From NCBI GenBank assembly GCA_051251915.1, contig JBPOGF010000002.1, forward strand, positions 32,001-96,000: DNA of 64,000 bases, read 5' to 3'. Positions 59,283 to 64,000 of this stretch are shown here, in pieces. Both the position numbers and the translations under genes were made by a program. The DNA is from Akkermansiaceae bacterium (GTDB taxonomy: Bacteria > Verrucomicrobiota > Verrucomicrobiia > Verrucomicrobiales > Akkermansiaceae). Below the pieces are notes generated by a model. The model worked only from the letters and a program-made list of their open reading frames with translations. It was not told where the DNA came from and made no database searches. Each line of letters opens with the position of its first letter. Position 1 is the first letter of the stretch.

Positions 59283-60695
59283 ATGATTAAACAGATATTG
59301 TTAGGGTTGGTGCTGGGGTTATCCGCGCAGGCGGAGAAGCCGAATATTATTTATATTTTGGCTGATGATCTTGGTTATGGAGATATTAGTAGTTTGGGAC
59401 AGAAGCATTTTGAGACTCCGAACATTGATAAGCTTAAGGCTGGGGGTAAGTTTTTCTCGAATCATTATTCAGGGAGCACGGTGTGTGCTCCATCGCGCTC
59501 TGCGCTGCTGACTGGGCAGCATACTGGGCATACGTATGTGCGAGGGAATAGGGAGATAAAGCCTGAGGGGCAGACTCCGATTCCTGATGGTGAGCTGTTG
59601 CTGCCTGAGATGCTAAAGCATGCAGGGTATGTGAGTGGGGCGTTTGGTAAGTGGGGGCTTGGTTTTCCGGGGTCTGAGGGTGATCCGTTGAATCAGGGAT
59701 TTGATGTGTTTTATGGTTATAATTGTCAGCGTTTGGGGCATCATTATTATCCGTATCATTTGTGGGATAATGAGAAGAAGGTGATGTTAGAGGAGAATGC
59801 GGGGACGGCGAAGGGGGTGTATGCACCTGAGTTGATTCATGATAAGACGCTGAAGTTTATGGAGGATAATAAGGATAAGCCATTTTTCTTGTATGTGGCG
59901 TCTATTATTCCGCACGCGGAGCTGGCTGCACCTGAGGAGTATATGAAGAAATTCCAGGGGAAGATAGAAGAGGTGAGGAAGTATAAAGGAGTGGATTCTG
60001 GGAAGAAATTGCGCCAGGGGCCGTATCAGTCACAGGAGACTCCGCGTGCTGCGTTTGCTGCGATGGTGACTTTACTTGATGATCAGGTGGGTGAGATAGT
60101 GGCGAAATGTGAGGAGTTAGGGATAGCGGATAAGACGTTGATTATATTTACTTCTGATAATGGAGCACACCAAGAGGGGGGAGCAGATCCTAAGTTTTTC
60201 AATAGTGCAGGGCCGTATCGTGGTCATAAGCGCGATCTTTACGAGGGTGGTGTGCATGTTCCTATGTTTGCTTACTGGCCGGGGAAGATAGCGGCGGGTT
60301 CTGAGTCTAAGCATATTTCTGCGTTTTGGGATATGGTGCCGACGTTTACTGAGTTAGCCGAGCTTCCTGTGCCGGAGAATACTGATGGGATTTCTATGGT
60401 TTCTGCTTTGACAGGGAAAGGTGAGCAGGCGGTGCATCCGTATTTGTATTGGGAATTTCATGAGCGTGGTGGCCGTATTGCGGTGCGTATGGGTAAGTGG
60501 AAAGGGGTGCGTTATAATGTGCTGAACAAGCCGGATGCGATGATGGAGCTTTATGATTTAGAGGTTGATCCAGGAGAGACTAAGAATTTAGCGAAGGGGA
60601 ATCCGGAAGTGGTGGAGCGCATTTTGAAGGCTATGAATACGGCTCGGACAGATTCTGAGGTGTTTAAGTTTGATCAGCAGAAGGGCAAGAAGTAG
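59283..60695 (+). CDS. Sulfatase (S1, Cys-type)
   Basis: PNIIYILADDLGYGD, CAPSR, GKWGLG, SDNG. Confidence 0.95.
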   Translation: MIKQILLGLVLGLSAQAEKPNIIYILADDLGYGDISSLGQKHFETPNIDKLKAGGKFFSNHYSGSTVCAPSRSALLTGQHTGHTYVRGNREIKPEGQTPIPDGELLLPEMLKHAGYVSGAFGKWGLGFPGSEGDPLNQGFDVFYGYNCQRLGHHYYPYHLWDNEKKVMLEENAGTAKGVYAPELIHDKTLKFMEDNKDKPFFLYVASIIPHAELAAPEEYMKKFQGKIEEVRKYKGVDSGKKLRQGPYQSQETPRAAFAAMVTLLDDQVGEIVAKCEELGIADKTLIIFTSDNGAHQEGGADPKFFNSAGPYRGHKRDLYEGGVHVPMFAYWPGKIAAGSESKHISAFWDMVPTFTELAELPVPENTDGISMVSALTGKGEQAVHPYLYWEFHERGGRIAVRMGKWKGVRYNVLNKPDAMMELYDLEVDPGETKNLAKGNPEVVERILKAMNTARTDSEVFKFDQQKGKK

Positions 60696-60733
60696 TAGAT
60701 CTAGACTACTTATTACTATTAATTTTATATATC

Positions 60734-62263
60734 ATGAAGAATATTATCTTTTCACTAGTTTGTGCCGTTGTGGCAATGAGTTCAATGACTGCGACCGCGG
60801 TAGAGCGTCCGAATGTTGTTCTTATTTATGCCGATGACCTTGGGATTGGGATGTTGGGTAGTTATGGTCAGAAGTTGATCAAGACGCCACATATTGATCG
60901 GTTGGCTAAGGAGGGGATGAAGTTTAATAATACCTATGGTGGGGTTTTATGTGCGCCTGCGCGGTGGACCTTGCTGACTGGTATGCATGATGGGCGTAAG
61001 GGTGGATGGGGGTTTAATAATGCTGGATTTCTTAAAAAGTTAGATAGGGAGGGAGTGACTGGAGATGAGTATATGGAGCGCTTTAATGCTTATGTAGAGA
61101 AGACCTCTAAGCGGATTCCTGATGATGAGGTGTTTCTTGCGCAGGTGGCTCAGAAGGCGGGGTATACTACTGCGCAGTTTGGGAAGCTGGATGTGGGGTT
61201 TCTGACGAACCATGATAGGGTGACTAGGTTTGGTTGGGATTATTATGAGGGGATGTATAGTCATACTCGTTGTCATGGATTTTATCCGCCGTATATGTGG
61301 CGGAATGGGGAGAAGTTTTTCTTGAAGGGGAATACGGATATAGACTGTGGTAAAATGTCTGAGAAGGGGAATGAACCTGTGGGGTCTGGTGGTGAGACTT
61401 ATTCGCAGAATGTGTTTATTGAGGGGATTTTGAAATTTATCCGAGAGCACAAGGATGAGCCGTTCTTTTTGTATCATCCTACTCAGTTGCCGCATGGTCC
61501 GGTGGCGATCCCTGAGTTGCATCCTGATTTTGCGGATCATCCTACGCTGAGTTTGGCGGAGAAGAAGTATGCTTCGATGGTGAAGATGTTAGATGATCAT
61601 GTGGGTCTGATTATGGAGGAGCTAAAAAAGCAGGGGTTGGATGATAAGACGATGGTGGTGTTTACTTCTGATAATGGGCATGAACTTTATTATGGGCCGA
61701 AGAAATCATTTCCTAAGCATGGGCTGGATGATGTGCCGACAAACTTGACTGATAATAAGTGGCGGACTTCTGAGGCTGGAGATGTGTTTGATGGTAATGC
61801 TGGACGTGCGGGATTGAAGCGTGCTGCTTATCAGGGTGGGATGCAGTGTCCGTTGATTGTTCGTTGGCCGGGTAAGGTAAAGGCGGGGACGGAGAGTAGC
61901 GTGCAGAATACGCATTATGATTTCATGGCTACTTTGGCTGATGTTGTGGGTGGTAGGGTGCCGAGGGGTAAGGATAGTATTTCTTATTTGCCGACGTTGT
62001 TGTCCAAGCCTCAGAGGGAGGTGCATGATTATGTGATTATTAATAATCGATTCAATAGGATGGGTAAGACTGCTTTGATTGGGAATGATGGGTGGAAGTT
62101 AGTGGAGGTGGAGCGTAAGAATGATAATTTCCAGCTTTATAACATTAAGGAAGATAATGAGGAACGTCATAATTTAGCAGATAAGCATCCTGAGAAGGTG
62201 ACAACTTTGAAGGCTATTTTGCTGCGTGAGCTAGAGTCTGATCGGCCTGATTTAAAGAAGTAG
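60734..62263 (+). CDS. Sulfatase (S1, Cys-type, divergent)
   Basis: PNVVLIYADDLG, CAPAR, FGKLDVG in place of GKWHLG, SDNG. Confidence 0.9.
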   Translation: MKNIIFSLVCAVVAMSSMTATAVERPNVVLIYADDLGIGMLGSYGQKLIKTPHIDRLAKEGMKFNNTYGGVLCAPARWTLLTGMHDGRKGGWGFNNAGFLKKLDREGVTGDEYMERFNAYVEKTSKRIPDDEVFLAQVAQKAGYTTAQFGKLDVGFLTNHDRVTRFGWDYYEGMYSHTRCHGFYPPYMWRNGEKFFLKGNTDIDCGKMSEKGNEPVGSGGETYSQNVFIEGILKFIREHKDEPFFLYHPTQLPHGPVAIPELHPDFADHPTLSLAEKKYASMVKMLDDHVGLIMEELKKQGLDDKTMVVFTSDNGHELYYGPKKSFPKHGLDDVPTNLTDNKWRTSEAGDVFDGNAGRAGLKRAAYQGGMQCPLIVRWPGKVKAGTESSVQNTHYDFMATLADVVGGRVPRGKDSISYLPTLLSKPQREVHDYVIINNRFNRMGKTALIGNDGWKLVEVERKNDNFQLYNIKEDNEERHNLADKHPEKVTTLKAILLRELESDRPDLKK

Positions 62264-62307
62264 AAAAAATGAACCATTCATAGCTGAGAGGGGATGTTAG
62301 GGGGATT

Positions 62308-64000
62308 TTATTCTAGTTTAATAGAATAGAATTTTTTATCTCCGCTAGGTACTGGTATACTTAGACTCGTGGAATCTCCGCTGCTCGCTGCCGGGATCGC
62401 ATTTTGTTCAGTGGACCAATCATTGATTGGTCCCTCTAAAGTTGTGGAGCTCATTAGAGAGAATGTTAGCCCAGGTTGAGAAGGCCATGTTAGTGTAAAT
62501 GAGGATGGTGGAGTATTGGCTATGGTAACTTTAAAACTTTCAGTGTTGTCAGTTGGGTCTAGTCCTAATTGGATTTCTACGAAGTCTGAGGTGCCATCAG
62601 AGTCCGAATCGCTCAAATCCACGTTTGATTCCCCGTCACTAAGAAGGCCGTTACTGTCAATGTCTTCTTGGTAATCAAAGAGGCCATCTCCATCAGAATC
62701 AACTGTGTTCAGTCCATCGACATTGTAATCGATGAAGAAAACGTCATTAGTGTATGGTCGACTGCTGCCATCAGTTGGAGTCAACGTGGGCCAGAGTTCT
62801 CCATTGATACCCCAACCGGCTTCAAATGCTTGCGCCATTTTGCGAGCCATTTGGAGCACGATCTCGGGATGCGCTGCCGAAAGATCTGTTGATTCTGTTA
62901 GGTCATTTGGGATGTCGTAAAGTTTGAAACTATTGTCATCAAAGTAGTAATGTAATTTCATGTCACCCTCTCGATAGATGGCGAAGTAATCATTTCTGTG
63001 ATCAATAGGGAGATACATTAGGAACTCCTGAGGGCGATGTTCTCCTGGTTGATTCGTCAAGTAGGGGGTGAGGTCATATCCATCAAATTCCTGGGTCGTA
63101 GGAGTATCGGTCACTTTTAATATGGTTGGTAATACATCCCAAACTGTTACAAGATCTGTTTCTATGCTGTTAGCTGGAATAGGGAAGGCTGCTTGCATGG
63201 GGTTGCTTGGATTTAGTTTTGCCCATGAAACTATTAAGGGCACGTGGATGCCACCTTCCCAAGCAGTCGCTTTTTTACCTCTTTGTGGGAAGTCGCTATA
63301 GATGCCTGAGGCTAATCCATTGTTGGTAGATGCTGGGTTATCGCTACCATTGTCTCCTAAGAAGATAATTAGAGTTTCTTCTGCGATTCCTAAAGACTCT
63401 AGTTTGGTGATGGTTTGGCCTAGTGATTGATCCATTCCTTCGATCATGGTGGCGAATTTCTGATGATCGTTGTTGTGTGAAGCACTGTAATTTCCGGTGG
63501 CATTTGGGTCGGTAGTAAATGGGCTGTGTAGTGCGTAGTGGGAGAAGTAGAAGAGGAACGGGACCTCATCGTTGACTGCATTTGTCATAGCTGCTCCGGT
63601 CTCAATGGTTAAGGCGTCAGTTAAAAAGGTGCTGGTTCCACTGTAGTGAGACATGTTCGGTTTGGATGAAAAGTTCGTGTAGCTAGAGCTGCCTGATTGG
63701 TCGCCTGCGATGTTGACATCGAAGCCGATGGCGGTTGGGTATTTAGCATAGGATACATTGGAGCCGAAATGCCCCTTGCCTGCGTGTATTGAGCGATAGC
63801 CTACATCGCCTAGTAACATTGGCAGGGTGATATCATCTGCTTGCATCCCTGTTCTTTTCCAGTTGTTAGGAGCGCTATGAGAATTCGTAGCTGGGTTTTG
63901 TCTGACGGGGTCGTAGTTACCAGAGGGTGTGACTTGGGAGATGACTCCGTGGCGCAGGGTGTTGTGTCCTGTTAGGAGTGATGCGCGGGTTGAGCTGCAG
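62308..64000 (-). CDS. Multidomain sulfatase with DxDxDG repeats and a C-terminal beta domain (5' end outside the window)
   Basis: Frame is open to the window edge, reading CSSTRASLLTG at 63999; GKGHFG, GDNG, EGGIHVP; DSDGDG/DSDSDG repeats; ends KKFYSIKLE. Confidence 0.85.
   Translation of the reverse strand, partial: CSSTRASLLTGHNTLRHGVISQVTPSGNYDPVRQNPATNSHSAPNNWKRTGMQADDITLPMLLGDVGYRSIHAGKGHFGSNVSYAKYPTAIGFDVNIAGDQSGSSSYTNFSSKPNMSHYSGTSTFLTDALTIETGAAMTNAVNDEVPFLFYFSHYALHSPFTTDPNATGNYSASHNNDHQKFATMIEGMDQSLGQTITKLESLGIAEETLIIFLGDNGSDNPASTNNGLASGIYSDFPQRGKKATAWEGGIHVPLIVSWAKLNPSNPMQAAFPIPANSIETDLVTVWDVLPTILKVTDTPTTQEFDGYDLTPYLTNQPGEHRPQEFLMYLPIDHRNDYFAIYREGDMKLHYYFDDNSFKLYDIPNDLTESTDLSAAHPEIVLQMARKMAQAFEAGWGINGELWPTLTPTDGSSRPYTNDVFFIDYNVDGLNTVDSDGDGLFDYQEDIDSNGLLSDGESNVDLSDSDSDGTSDFVEIQLGLDPTDNTESFKVTIANTPPSSFTLTWPSQPGLTFSLMSSTTLEGPINDWSTEQNAIPAASSGDSTSLSIPVPSGDKKFYSIKLE

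Noticed and set aside
16757..62026. Numerous 60-200 aa antisense or alternate-frame ORFs over sulfatases and other genes
   Set aside because: They lie entirely inside well-supported genes and have low-complexity His/Pro/Arg or Val/Gly composition, as expected from the strong strand skew

Overview
Accessory-rich chromosomal window from a Verrucomicrobiota bacterium (Rubritalea/Verrucomicrobiales-like). This is inferred from 9 PEP-CTERM genes, 11 Cys-type sulfatases, a PVC-type heme-c/dehydrogenase protein and a Verrucomicrobia-type LexA box. 0-9 kb: housekeeping genes (clpX, proC, ilvE, menB) and a speE-lipoprotein-DUF350-speD polyamine operon. 9-24 kb: an esterase, DUF2339, an SOS-type radical SAM/DUF4130 pair and secreted enzymes. 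24-64 kb: a sulfatase/PEP-CTERM island that also holds a two-component system, a Fur-boxed iron-uptake/flavinylation operon (TBDR-piuC-PepSY-DUF2271-DUF4198-apbE) and a probable second secA. Top leads: (1) a 113-aa membrane-targeted uORF ending in RAPP directly upstream of secA, a candidate SecM-like secretion-monitoring arrest peptide for an accessory SecA; (2) a four-gene PEP-CTERM array with near-identical leader/promoter/anchor flanks around swapped bodies; (3) conserved cis-elements, including two operator-like motifs found at fixed spacing upstream of distant PEP-CTERM/sulfatase genes and a covarying 3'-UTR hairpin. No CRISPR, rRNA, tRNA, transposase or integrase was recognised. All family calls come from motif recognition by eye, not database searches.
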